From the NCBI GenBank assembly GCA_963514005.1, contig OY740814.1:18538001-18602000 (forward strand): a stretch of DNA of 64,000 nucleotides. The letters are read 5' to 3'. This document shows positions 13,599 to 25,131 of this stretch, one piece after another (the first letter of the stretch is position 1; each line of letters begins with the position of its first letter). This stretch comes from Raja brachyura. Lineage: Eukaryota. Both the position numbers and the translations under genes were made by a program. A model generated the notes under the pieces. It ran no database searches. It was not told where the DNA came from and saw only the letters and a list, made by a program, of their open reading frames with translations.

Positions 13599-14196
13599 TT
13601 TAGTTTAGAGACACAGCATGAAATAGGCCGTTCAGCCCACTAAATCCACAATGAATAAAGATCACTGATAGACTATTTCTGTTATCCCACTTTCACATCA
13701 TACACACGTGGCAATTTACAGAAACCTGCAAATCTACACTTCATGCAGGAGGAAACTAGAGCACCAGGAGAAAATCCATGTGGTTACATGGTGATCAGCA
13801 ACGCATGGTGGCGCAGCTGGTGGTAGAGTTGCTGCCTTACAGCGCTTGATCCCAGCTACAGGCGCTGTCTGTACAGAGTTTGTATGTTTTCCCTGTGACC
13901 TTGTAGGTTTTCTCCGAGATCTTCGGTTTCCTCCCACACTCAAAGATGTACAGGTTTGTAAGTTAATTGGCTTGTGTTTGTGTACTTGGTGTAAGTGTAA
14001 ATTGTTCCCAGTGTGTGTAGGCTTGTGTTAATGTGCTGGTCGGTGCGGACTCGATGGGCCGAAGGACCTGTTTCCGCACTCTATCTCTAAGCTAAGCAAA
14101 ACACAGAGTGAATATACAAACATGAGCAGCACAATGGTCAGGATGGCACCCGGGTCCCTCTTGCTGTGAGGCAGTAGCTGTACCACTGTGCCACTG
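13599..14196 (-). mobile_element. HE1-like V-SINE split by a nested opposite-strand SINE
   Basis: Tail half at 13599-13790 and head half at 14100-14196. Confidence 0.8.
13807..14098 (+). mobile_element. HE1-like V-SINE (nested)
   Basis: GGTGGCGCAG head, V-domain CGGTTTCCTCCCACACTC, tail GGGCCGAAGGACCTGTTTCC...CTCTAAGCTAAG. Confidence 0.9.
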
Positions 14197-15257
14197 GTGT
14201 TAGCACAAAAACTTAAATGAGTTGTTCTTAGTACTGGGGTGAAAATAACTTAAATTCTTTGCTGCTGTGCCAATGTATAATTTGCCAATTTGTCTCCTTT
14301 GTATTGATCGGGAACTTTTTCTCACTGGTGACTTTCATCTGTCATGTGCTCACTGCACAACTGTCTGGGTATTGTAAGTATTTTTGGTTTGGGAGATGCT
14401 GGCAAAGTAGCCTTGGTCAGCTCAATGGCGCAGCAGTAACTTTGCTACCTTACAAAGCCAGAACTGGGTTCGATCCTAACTACAGGTGCTGTCTGTATGG
14501 TATTTGTATGTTCTGCCTGTGATTGCTGAGGGGGGGGGGGGGGCGGGGCGCGAGGCTGGGGGGGCAGCATGGACTCGACATGTGTGGTGGGGGTGGGAAC
14601 AGCATAGGAGGAAAGTTCTGGAATTTTTGTAAAACAGCAATCAATCTTTGAGTCAATGAATAGATTCGACTTGACCCCTCCCCGTCACACACTTCCCCCC
14701 CCCCGTCACAAACTCTGAAGGGAACCTGATTATGGTGTGGAAGGGAAAAATGTGAGTAAGAATGTGGAACATTTTCAGCGCTACCGCGAGCGTTTTGACA
14801 AAGATTAAAAACAATACGTACACACATTGCTTACAAGATGCACACATGCATACAAGGTGAGATTTTTATAAGTATATATAGATAACCTATATAGATTTGG
14901 AACCAAGTTTGGGAGATAATTGAGAAGGATAGAGGTGAATTGTGCAGAACTGCATTGCTCTGGTTCACAAGTTCTAAAACCCATTTACCACGCGGTAGGT
15001 GCAGGGGAGCATGAACTTTGCAAAGATTGAAATACAACAAGTGGAACGTTCCTGGGATTGTCAATCCCCTTCAACTACAAATTCATGTTTTGCTGATTTA
15101 TTTCACAATCCAACATGTGAGCCTTTGAATGGGAACAATTGAGTTTAAAAAAAACCTAAGATCACCATATGCTGTATTTATCAAAACCCATAAAATGCCC
15201 AGGTTTAAAAACAACACACTGACTGTGAACCTGACCTTTTTTTTAAATCTATTTAAG

Positions 15258-15342
15258 CTTCGGATAATGGCCAGCGATTTCAGGAGACTTGTTTTGCGTT
15301 CGCACTGACACCACAACAAGTTCAACAGATTAGTAATTCAAT
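15258..15342 (+). CDS. PIAS1: PIAS1 exon (human exon 3 equivalent), PINIT domain
   Basis: AG acceptor 15256-57, GTAAGT donor; encodes (A)SDNGQRFQETCFAFALTPQQVQQISNS(M), matching recalled human ASDNSQRFRETCFAFALTPQQVQQISSSM; 85 bp. Confidence 0.96.
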
Positions 15343-17254
15343 GTAAGTAATCATTCTTCTTCTTACATAGTTTTGATTGTTGGAATGGAAAAACTTGAGT
15401 CACTGAAGTAAATATTGGGAACTAAGGTGATAGACCAAACATTCAAAATATCAGTTTTAATATCTTGACTGCTATTATTCTAGGACTACATTTGGCCATG
15501 GTCTCCTTGGAATTTGGGGGGGGGGGGAATGCATTTACGTTCCAGTTGAATGTAATTTTGACTAAGAATAAATTTAAGTGGCAAGTTATTTTAGACTGTT
15601 TTAATTCAACTATTTAAGTTTTAAATTGTCAGTTTATGAATGATTTGCCATGTTTTAAATATCCCCAGACGACAAAAGTTTGTATGCACTTAGTTAAGTT
15701 AGGATCCTCTCATTGTAGGAATAGGAGAACCCAGTTAGCTCCTCCTGCCTGTTGCTCTAATTAGTGAGGATAATTTCTATCTTATATTTAAAATGCACCA
15801 TCTACCTAACATCAACATTGCTTGCAAGAGTTCCCAAATTTCTACCGTCCTCTGCACATAATGGTTTCCCAACTCCTGAGAGGTTTGGTTGCAGTTTTTT
15901 GATGCATTGTCGACTGAGAATAGTTGCAGCAAGAATCGTTTCTTTTCATTTGCCCTTCATAAGTCTCTTGTAGCTTGAAAGCTCTAATTAACTTGCTCTA
16001 AACTTTCTAAATGTTAGGTTACACAACCATAGTTTGTGTGATCACTTCTCTTGATTTAAACCCTGGGAACGTTATCATTTTGGAAACATTATACTACATC
16101 GATTCCCAAGTTGCGATGCTCAGAATTATTTTTCTCTTCAACTGTAGTCTAACAAAAGCTTTGTATGGATGTGTCGCATATCATTTCTTGGAGTCCACCA
16201 GCTTACATTTAAAAAGGCTCGATTTCCAATTAAATTTTTTTTTTTTACACCCATTTGACATTTTAATGATCCATGTGCATAGAACCCAAAGTCTCCTTGA
16301 AACGACATCACTTCCAGATTTTCACAATTTAATATACTTTCAAAGTCCAAAAATATGAGCACTCTAATAAAAAATTGAAATGCATTCACTGCCCTTTTTG
16401 TCTTTCACAAACTAATATCTCAGAATTTAATATTTCAATCCATGTTGCTTGTAACCACCCATATTATATCATTGGCAAACTTTGAAACTTGTATTCATCA
16501 TATCTCTGCTATACCGTTCTCCTCCTTGTGTTCTCATTATCAATCCCCCTCTCACTTTTAATTGCTGGTTTGTTTTTTATGTGTGTAATTTCTGTGTGTA
16601 ATAACCCTCATCTTGCAAGGAAAAAAAAACATTCATAACTTCATTTTTAATTCTCCAGTTTGTCAGCATCTTGGTCGGCAGGTTATTTAGCCACAGTTTA
16701 CCCATTTGCCATTTCAGTCTCTTTGTAAAAATATTTTTTTGGGTGAATTATTGCTGGAATTCAGCCAAGGGCTACATATAAACATCTGCCATGGAGTCCT
16801 GAGCCATAGTAGCAAATGAGGCTTGACTGACCCTCAGTACATAACAGTAGTAGTACTTTGTCTGCTTTTGATTTCTAAGTGAAAGCCAAAACAATCTTTA
16901 TGTTGCAAAAATACTGATGTTTTTGATTTCATGGATCTGAAATCACTTCTGGAGTCAAACAATAGTCAAGTGATATATTGCCTTGGATTCAGTTGCTAGC
17001 TTTGAGTCCTAAATGTTTGCGTTTCTCCCATAACACACTCGGACGGCTAGCTATGTTAAGTTTTGTGCACTAACCAAGATGTTACGACATACTTGTATCA
17101 CACTCCAACCATCTCTGCTAATTATAGTTTCTGTAATGCAAGAAAAGTTGAGAAGTTTTCCAACACAGAATTCAAAGTGAGTGCAGTTTTTTAATCTGTT
17201 GAAAACTATTTGATTTAATCCCAATTTTGAAATTTATAGATTAATACAGATTAT

Positions 17255-17600
17255 GGTGGGATAGTGGTTAAATTACTAGACTAGCGTCTAAAGTTCTGGA
17301 TTATTCATCCAGGGTCAGGAGTTCAAATTCTCGGCGGCACATGTGGATTTTAAATTTAAGTAATTAAATCTGGAATTTAAAATAAACTATAATCAAGAAA
17401 GTAGCAGATTTGTTTTTTTAATTATTCTGATTAAAGTCCTTCAAATAAAGAAATTGGCCGTCCTTGCCACCCATGTGTGGCCTCCACATGACTGCAGTGT
17501 CACCAATGCGGTTGACAAATGCCTTCATTCAGGAGTAAACAGTGATGAATAATAAATACTGGCATTGCCAGCAACAGCCACATTTGGTGAACAAATAGAC
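17255..17600 (+). mobile_element. Old tRNA-derived SINE (second family)
   Basis: A-box-like GGTGGGATAGTGG, B-box GAGTTCAAATTC, tail AATAAATACTGGCATTGCCAGC resembling the LINE tail at about 10430; related copies at about 18035-18540 and 44330-44620. Confidence 0.65.
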
Positions 17601-17749
17601 TGTTATTGTCATCTGTTTAATTGCTCAGTTTAAAAATAGTTTGGCTTACAAAAAGTCTGTGCTTTTAGGATCTAGGTTATGTAAATTGTTACTATCAATT
17701 TAAGTTATAATGTAAAGTTGTAAGTGAAATATGTTTCATTCTTACTCAG

Positions 17750-17797
17750 GGACATATCGGGGACCAAGTGTGACTTCACAGTTCAGGTTCAGTTAAG
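17750..17797 (+). CDS. PIAS1: PIAS1 exon 4 equivalent
   Basis: cag|G...AG|gtaatg; encodes (M)DISGTKCDFTVQVQL(R); 48 bp; phase matches the neighbouring exons. Confidence 0.96.
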
Positions 17798-18739
17798 GTA
17801 ATGCATATTATTAGTTTCACTTGCTATTCTGTTTGCTCTCTCTCCTTCCCTGTTTTGGCTTTCCCTCTTTTTTTATGTGACGTGCATAAAATGTTTAAGT
17901 AATTTGATAAATGAAATTGGGGGAAAAAACAGCCATGTTAGAAAAATACTTTTTGATTGTTTTCTGTAAGCTGTTTATTTAAAATACTCAACGCAACAGT
18001 TTTGGTTCAAAGCATATCATTAGTCCACGGGCTTGGTGGCATTGTAAAATTACTGGATGGAGTAAATGGTAGGCCTTGATTGAGCCAAGAGTTCAAACCC
18101 AGGTCTGCAACTGGGGAAGTTATTCATTTAGTTAAATCTGTATACAACTTGGTTGGTACAAGAGTTTGCAGATGCTGGCATCTTGAGCCCAAAACAACTA
18201 ATAAACTGCTAGAGGAGTAGGAATCACAGAGGAGGAATAGTAGTGAAAGAGTCACAGAACTCCCATTGGAGTGAGGAGACCTTTTTCAAAGTGTGCAGAC
18301 TGAGGAGATTTGGAAACACTAAGGGGGAGTGCCGTGACAGGGTCTCACAAAACCTCTGTTGGAGAGAAGGAGAACTTCTTCCAAGTGGACATACTTTGAA
18401 GAAATTAGCAGTGTGTTTTTTGCCCTTGGTTTCTGTCGTAGTGGCATGGAATTACTGGATAATTGTAACAATCCATCTAGTTCCTTGATCACTTCAGGAA
18501 GATAATCTACAATCTTTACCTGGCTTGCTTATGACAACTGAAATTGGAGAATATATTAATGGTGTCATTGTACAAGTTTGTACTTAAATATTATTTAATC
18601 TTACCTATTTAACATTATCCATGTGGAGAATACATTAATAATGCAAACTGTATCCATTGTTGGTTAAAGAATGGATTTTCAAAATTATGGATTACTGGAG
18701 ATAATTTGATAGTTATAACATTGGTTACATTTTTTACAG

Positions 18740-18830
18740 GTTTTGTTTATCAGAAACCAGTTGTCCACAGGAAGATCATTTCCCCCCAAATCTATGTGCG
18801 AAAGTTAATGGAAAAACTTGTAATCTTCCA
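18740..18830 (+). CDS. PIAS1: PIAS1 exon 5 equivalent
   Basis: tttttacag|G...CCA|gtaagt; encodes (R)FCLSETSCPQEDHFPPNLCAKVNGKTCNLP; 91 bp. Confidence 0.97.
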
Positions 18831-18913
18831 GTAAGTATTGATGCTGTCGGTCTAATGGAGCTTTTCTTGGTTTGCTGTTTTGGGAACACTTAGCAATTTT
18901 GTTTCCACCCTAG

Positions 18914-19048
18914 GGCTATCTACCACCAACCAAAAATGGTGTTGAACCAAAGCGACCCAGCCGACCAATCAACATTACCTCACTAGTCCGATTGTCCACG
19001 ACGGTGCCGAACACGATTGTGGTTTCGTGGTCAGCGGAAATCGGCAGA
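18914..19048 (+). CDS. PIAS1: PIAS1 exon 6 equivalent (PINIT motif)
   Basis: ccctag|GGC...AGA|gtaagc; encodes [45 protein letters not shown]; 135 bp. Confidence 0.98.
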
Positions 19049-19229
19049 GTAAGCTTTGCATAATACATCTTTACAAAGCTGTTAATTAAAGCAGTATAAT
19101 GCATGTGGTCCAAATGCTGGGTTTAATATCAGTCAAAGGCAAGTTTCAGAAGCTTTGTTCAACTATAATTAATCTGGCCCGAGTGCATTTCAGTCACATG
19201 TTCTTTGGCATCGAATGCTAATCCCAATC

Positions 19230-19443
19230 AGTATCTCTGCCACAGAAGGTAGTTGAGGCCAGTTCATTGGCTATATTTAAGAGGGAGTTAGATGTGGCCC
19301 TTGTGGCTAAAGGGATCAGGGGGTGTGGAGAGAAGGCAGGTACAGGATACTGAATTGGATGATCAGCCTTGGATCATATTGAATGGCGGTGCAGGCTCGA
19401 AGGGCCGAATGACCTACTCCTGCACCTATTTTCTATGTTTCTA
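19230..19443 (+). mobile_element. CR1 LINE 3' tail
   Basis: ...GGCTCGAAGGGCCGAATGACCTACTCCTGCACCTATTTTCTATGTTTCTA. Confidence 0.9.
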
Positions 19444-21341
19444 AGTATCATTCTACAATTTAACAAATCAATTAAGTGAAAACATTTCATACCATGTATG
19501 TGTTAAAATCATCCCACAATTGTATTAAAATCATCTAGTAATGCTATTTATATGTCTTGACTTCTCAGAGTTGTGACTTGAAGATTGCTTTAATCTGAAA
19601 AACAGTGAAGTACTAATGGCCCCTCAGTTGTCTTGCTTTCTGGGGCAATTTGAGAGTTCAATCAAAGGAATTAAAGTGTTTGCTTTTCTTTTTTCCCTTC
19701 CTTTCAGTAATGTGAGACACTGTAAAATATTCCAGCTAAATTCCCTGCACTAAATATCCTTACAGAAATATTAAAAAAACTGAAGGAATGAAGTGCCTGA
19801 AAATGCAAGCAATAAAAAATCATTGTTATTTCACGCTGCTGTATTCTGTAGGGGTTGTAGAAAGCTGATTTACGTGATGGACTGACCTTCAGCCACACTA
19901 ATTTCTTGGCCATGGGCTGAGCAGTTGCCATACCATGCTGCGATGCATCCAGATAAGTGCTTTCCATGGTGCATCTGTAGAAATTGGTAAGAATCATTGG
20001 ACACTTCATGAACAAGTGATTAGCCAAGTGTGGTTGGAGCAGGACAAATTGTTTCACCTGGGAACTATAAGTGCTCAACCATCTCTACTTTGATACCATT
20101 GATACATATAGGCATACATATGTGCTTTACTGTGCTCCTTCATTTTGCAGACACTGAGTGAGAGATTATTGTCCAGGCACGATGTAACTAAGCCCCCTAT
20201 CTCGTCTATACTCTATTTCATTGTTTGTGTTGTGGTCCCCTACTTGTAAATTGAGTTATATAGAACTTGGCGGCATAGTAAGTCCACAGAGTGTATGATA
20301 AGGGGCTGAGTATGCAGTCTTGCTTGATACAGATGTTGAGAATTATCGTGGAGGATGTTTTGTCACCTTTATGATTGCAGTCTGTGGGTTAAGAAGAATG
20401 AGGTCTCGGTCCCAGGAATTTTGAGACAAGTGGTTCGAATTATGGTGTTATAAGGCAGCGCTATAGTCAATAAATAGTAGTCTGACATTGTTATCCAGGT
20501 ATTCCAGGGATGAATTTAGGGACAGGGGAATGGAGCCTGCCATGGACCTATTGTAGCAGTAGGCAAATTGCTGTGGATCAAGAGCTGGAGCTGATGTGTG
20601 CCATGGTCAGCCTCTGAAAGCACTTCATTGTTGGATATCACAGCTACTGGACGGTCATCATTAAGGCACATTATCTTGTTTTTCTTTGGCACAGGGATTT
20701 TGGTGATCCTTGTAGAATAGTTGGGATCCTCAGAATAGCATAGAGGGGCTGTTAAAGATGTCCATGAGTGCTCTTGCCAGCAGGTCTGTGCAGCTTTTGA
20801 GGACATGGCCGAGGACTTCAACTAGGTATCGTGCAGGTTCAATCTCAGGATGGCTGATCTGACATCTGCAATGGTACTGTTGCATGTGAGGCTGTTGGGG
20901 CAGGTGATGTCATTTCCCTGATCCTCTGTCCAAAACGAGTATAGAATGTGTTGAGCTTGTTGCAGTGATGCCTTGTTGCCAGCAATTCTGCCTGACTTTG
21001 CTTTGAATTCCATTATAATATGCCAGCCTTGCGGTAATAAACAGATGACTGCGTGGTTAGTCAGGGACTTGAGAGATCTGGTATTGTCTCTTGGCGAGCC
21101 TGATGGCTTTGCAAAAGTAGTATCTAGATTTCCTGTACCGGCCAGGGTCACCCGACTTGAATGTGAATCACATGGCTCATCCATGGTTTCCAGTTGGGGT
21201 GCACTTAAATTGACTTTGACATAAAGTCCTCGATACACTTACGGATAAAGCCTGTGATGGAAGTGGAATATCCATTTAGATTGGCCACTGGGTCCTTCAA
21301 TGTGGACCAGTCCACCAACTCAAAGCAGTCACATAGGAGCC

Positions 21342-21375
21342 GGTCTGACGAAGGGTCTCGATCCGAAACGTCACC
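21342..21375 (+). ncRNA. Minimal type I hammerhead ribozyme motif
   Basis: GGT-CTGACGA-A-GGGT(CTCG)ATCC-GAAA-CGTC^-ACC: intact core, stem I GGU/ACC, palindromic ACGU; predicted cleavage after C21372. Confidence 0.75.
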
Positions 21376-21817
21376 CAAGATATGGACTCTTATACATCGG
21401 CGAGACCAAATGCAGATTGGGCGATCGTTTCGCGGAACACCTTCGCTCAGCCCGCGTGAACCAACCTAATCTCCTGGTTGCTGGACAGTTTAACTCTCCT
21501 TCCCATTCCTACACGGACCTTTCTGTCCTCGGTCTCCTCCATTGTCAGAGTGAGGCCAAACGCAAATTGGAGGAACGGCATCTCATATTTCACTTGGGCA
21601 GCTTACAGCCCAGTGGTATGAATATTGCTTTCTCTCACTTCAAGTAGCCCCGGCATTCCCTGTCTCTCCTCCCTCCCCAACGTTGCACTAGTTTCTAATT
21701 TTCACCCTACAAACAGCTTACAATGAATGGCCTGTTTCGTTTATCTTCGTTACTTTTTTGCAAATCTTTCATTCATTGTTCTTTACCTCTCCACATCATC
21801 GTCTATATCCCAAACTA

Positions 21818-21850
21818 GTCTGAAGAAGAGTCTCAACCCGAAATGTCACC
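21818..21850 (+). ncRNA. Minimal hammerhead motif (stem II partly mutated)
   Basis: GT-CTGAAGA-A-GAGT(CTCA)ACCC-GAAA-TGTC^-ACC. Confidence 0.55.
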
Positions 21851-23025
21851 CATTCCTTCTCTCTAGAGATGCTGCCTGTCCCGCTGAGTTACTCCAGCTT
21901 TTTGTGTCTATCTATTAGTAGCAATGTGCTGTTCATCCAGCGCAAGCTTCACATCCACACGGGCTGGGATATAAACTGTTGGGTAATAGTGTTACAAAAT
22001 CAACGGAGCTTTTTTGATGCAGGCAGCTTGCAAGTTGCTAATTACTTTTCAGGGACTCCCAAGTTCTATTTACAGTTAATGTTTGTCATATGTATTTCTT
22101 TATTTTGTTAAACATTTTCTGTTGTAGAGTTAGCCCAGAATACTTAAGGGAATTGCAGGTAAGTGTGGTTTTATGGTGTGAATCCACCTCTTGGGATGCA
22201 GCGTCTCTCGGAACTTTGTGGTTATTTTTGTGAGACCGTTCAGGGTTGTTCAGTGTGCTAAATGTCCTTTTTTTGGAACCACCTTTCCACTTTGAAACGT
22301 GTAATGTTTGTGGCACTTCCGTTACAATCCAGCACAACGATGGAAGATCAACGATAATTTCATTAACTGTAGGCAGCGGGAAGTCATACCTGGATTGCTT
22401 TGACTTAATCTTGTAATTGTTTCTGTTAGAAAACAAGTCCAAACAGGAACAGCATACTTTCTAACTAACTGCACCATCTGTTAGAATTCTCAGATCGAAA
22501 CTTTGTTGACAGATGTTGTAGTAATTTTTGGCAAGTTCTGTCTATTTAAATGCATAATAGGGTAGAGCTTTAATAGTAAATTCTAATTGTATCACGTAGG
22601 GCAATTTCAGTGGAAATCAAAGGGTATGTTTAACCATTCCCACAATGGTCTTTAGCTTGATCTCCTACTGCAGATCTTAATTCAGATGGGTTAGACTGCA
22701 GTGGTCTTTAATATTTTTAGGGAGATGAAATGGTCGGAGAGAAATCTAAAATTTGGTTTGAGAGTAAGACAAAGTAGTTCAGAGATATTCAAACACGCTG
22801 CTTCAAGGTCTATTTATATACTTTGATACGAAAGATACAGTTGATCGGCCAAATGGCCTAATTCTACTCTTATTCCTTATGACCGTATGACCTTACCTGG
22901 CAAAAGCAAATCAATGCCTGATAACTTATAGTACAAGTTTTTCTAATTTATTATACATCAATGACTTGATGTTGTGTTGCTTTTAATTTGCGATCTTTGA
23001 GAAACTGATATTCCTTTCCTCTGTA

Positions 23026-23221
23026 GACAGAAAATGCTGGAGAAACTCAGCGGGTGAGGCAGCATCCAAGGAGGGAAGGAATAGGCGATGTTTCGGGTTG
23101 AAACCTTTCTTCAGTCGAAGTAGAAGAAGGATCTCGACCCAAAACGTCACTTGTTCCTTCTCTCCATGGATGCTGCCTCACCCGCTGAGTTTCTCCAGCA
23201 TTTTTTGTCTACCTCTGATTT
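23026..23221. mobile_element. Inverted pair of PLE pseudo-LTR repeats with 15-bp flanking direct repeat
   Basis: Near-perfect outer inverted arms of about 44 bp; TTCCTTTCCTCTGTA at 23011-23025 and 23222-23236. Confidence 0.85.
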
Positions 23222-23373
23222 TTCCTTTCCTCTGTAAATTGTGATTAAGCATTTTACTAGGTGAACTAATACTCTATGGTTTTTAAGATGCATCTGTGAA
23301 TAAGTTCACATTTGAAGTAAATAACACGTACAGATTTAACAACTATGATATAGTCGCACAACATGAAAACTGA

Positions 23374-23491
23374 AAGCCCCCCTCCCCCGACATCAGTCTG
23401 AAGAAGGGTTTGAACTTGAAACGTCGCCAATTCCTTCTCTCCATAGATGCTGCCTCACCCGCTGAGTTTCTCCAGCATTTTTTATCTACCT
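23374..23491 (+). mobile_element. Solo 118-bp PLE-derived hammerhead repeat with 11-bp TSD
   Basis: GTCTGAAGAAGGGTTTGAACTTGAAACGTCGCC...; ATGAAAACTGA at 23363-73 and 23492-502. Confidence 0.85.
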
Positions 23492-23639
23492 ATGAAAACT
23501 GACAAGTCATCGTTCCAGAGTGTGCCAGCAATCACGTTCCTACTGTCACTAATCCTGTCACTATTCTCCCCACATTTCCCTCAACTCTAGTTTTCCCTCC
23601 CTTCCTTCGCTCCCTCCCCCCTCTTCGGATTCTGCCACT

Positions 23640-23828
23640 CACTTGCACATTATGAGCAATTTACTATGGCCAATGAATCTCCCTACCAGCCCATCTTTGC
23701 AACGTGGCAGGAAATGGGACTACCCGGTGGAAACCCACGTGGTCACAATGGAACATGCAAACTCCGTACAGGTGGCGACAGAGGTCGGGATCGAACCTGG
23801 ATTGTGGCTCTACCAGTTGCGCCACTGA
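23640..23828 (-). mobile_element. Degraded V-SINE
   Basis: Reverse complement of the V-domain and B-box (GGGATCGAACC). Confidence 0.7.
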
Positions 23829-25025
23829 ATATTCTTATTGGCCAAGAGAGGTCATGTATATCCACTTCAGACAAAGTTGCAGTTTCTGCATCTTACTGTA
23901 ACAATTCAAACAAAGATGTTGTCTATGCTGAGTGTGTTCAACATTTTCTGCTTCCTTTTCCAAGAAATAGTCCTTTGAGCCCTCTGTCCAATGAAATAGT
24001 TTACGTCTACAGCATTCTTTAAACACTAATATATTTTATCAATGCAGATACAGTTTAAAAATAAACTCCCCTGCTTTGTTATTCTAAATCTTGATTTTTG
24101 CCAACTGCAGACCGTGCATGGATTAAAATTTCAAGGGTAGTCGCGATATCGCATTCTGTTTGGCCTGGAGCAATGAATGTGGTGTGCTACAAATGTGGAC
24201 TCAAGTCGTTGACCTGCTAATATTTATGTTTCAAATGGCAGTTCAAGCAGCTAATGCACTTTTAACAGGCAATAAGTTGAGACAATGAATCCTAGGCATA
24301 GTGTCGTTATTTGTTGCGGTGCCCACACATGCGTTTCAAACCACGTTTCCAAATTGAGTGGTCTTAACTAAACAATTATTAAATCGCAGTGGGATGCTAA
24401 TTTGATGTGGTCTTGGCTTTTGGGTTTACTATCTTGGTATAGGAGCCTATACGATCAATTGTGCCCTTGTTTTATCAATACACATTTTTTTCCAAAATAC
24501 ATGAATGAGATATTCCAGCTTCTTTCAAGAAGTAGACAACTCTGGAGTTTAGTGCCTAGTTGTAATTAACCATTTTTTAAAAATTAGAATGCTGGTAGGT
24601 GATCTCAATGTTGGTTATTATAGTCAAGTCCAACCCGTTTCCCTTCTGTCTGACGAGAGTGCAATAACAGCTTGAAGTCGAGATCAAGTCTGTTATTTCC
24701 ATCTTCCCCCACCACCTATCAGGCATAATAAAGATACTTTATAGTCTGACAGCTAATATAAAATCAAAGACTAAAATAAAGTTCAGCTAAGTATTGTGGC
24801 ATAATGACATTTTAAATAACCAAAAATCTTCAATGTTCTTACCCCCCACAAGAATGTTTTCACATTTTAGAAAGGTATTCTGAAATTTCATTGTATACTT
24901 TATACATGATGTGCAAAATCCAAATTTAAATCAGTACAAATATATTCTGATGCAAGCTTTGAAATCAATAAAATATTTATATAGCTAGGTTGTGGTTGAT
25001 GATCATGCATATTTTCTTTCACCAG

Positions 25026-25131
25026 AGCTACTCCATGGCAGTTTACCTTGTAAAACAGTTGACTTCTGCTGTGTTGCTTCAACGACTACGAGCAAAAGGA
25101 ATAAGGAACCCAGACCATTCCAGAGCATTAA
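25026..25131 (+). CDS. PIAS1: PIAS1 exon 7 equivalent
   Basis: accag|AGC...TTA A|gtaagc; encodes SYSMAVYLVKQLTSAVLLQRLRAKGIRNPDHSRAL(I); 106 bp. Confidence 0.97.

Larger units (their letters stand above)
21335..21912 (+). mobile_element. Penelope-like element 3' fragment: GIY-YIG endonuclease plus pseudo-LTR
   Basis: Open frame LLYIGETKCRLGDRFAEHLRS...FNSPSHS..DLSVLGL..RKLEERHLIFHLGSLQPSGMN (stop at 21647), flanked by two hammerhead motifs. Confidence 0.9.
19870..21990 (-). mobile_element. Degraded Rex1/Babar-type LINE interrupted by a PLE
   Basis: Minus-strand motifs VPKKNKIMCLNDDRPVA (RT), LTNFYRCTMES (C-terminal) and TVYIPARVDVKLALDE (endonuclease, about 21930-21980). Confidence 0.8.
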
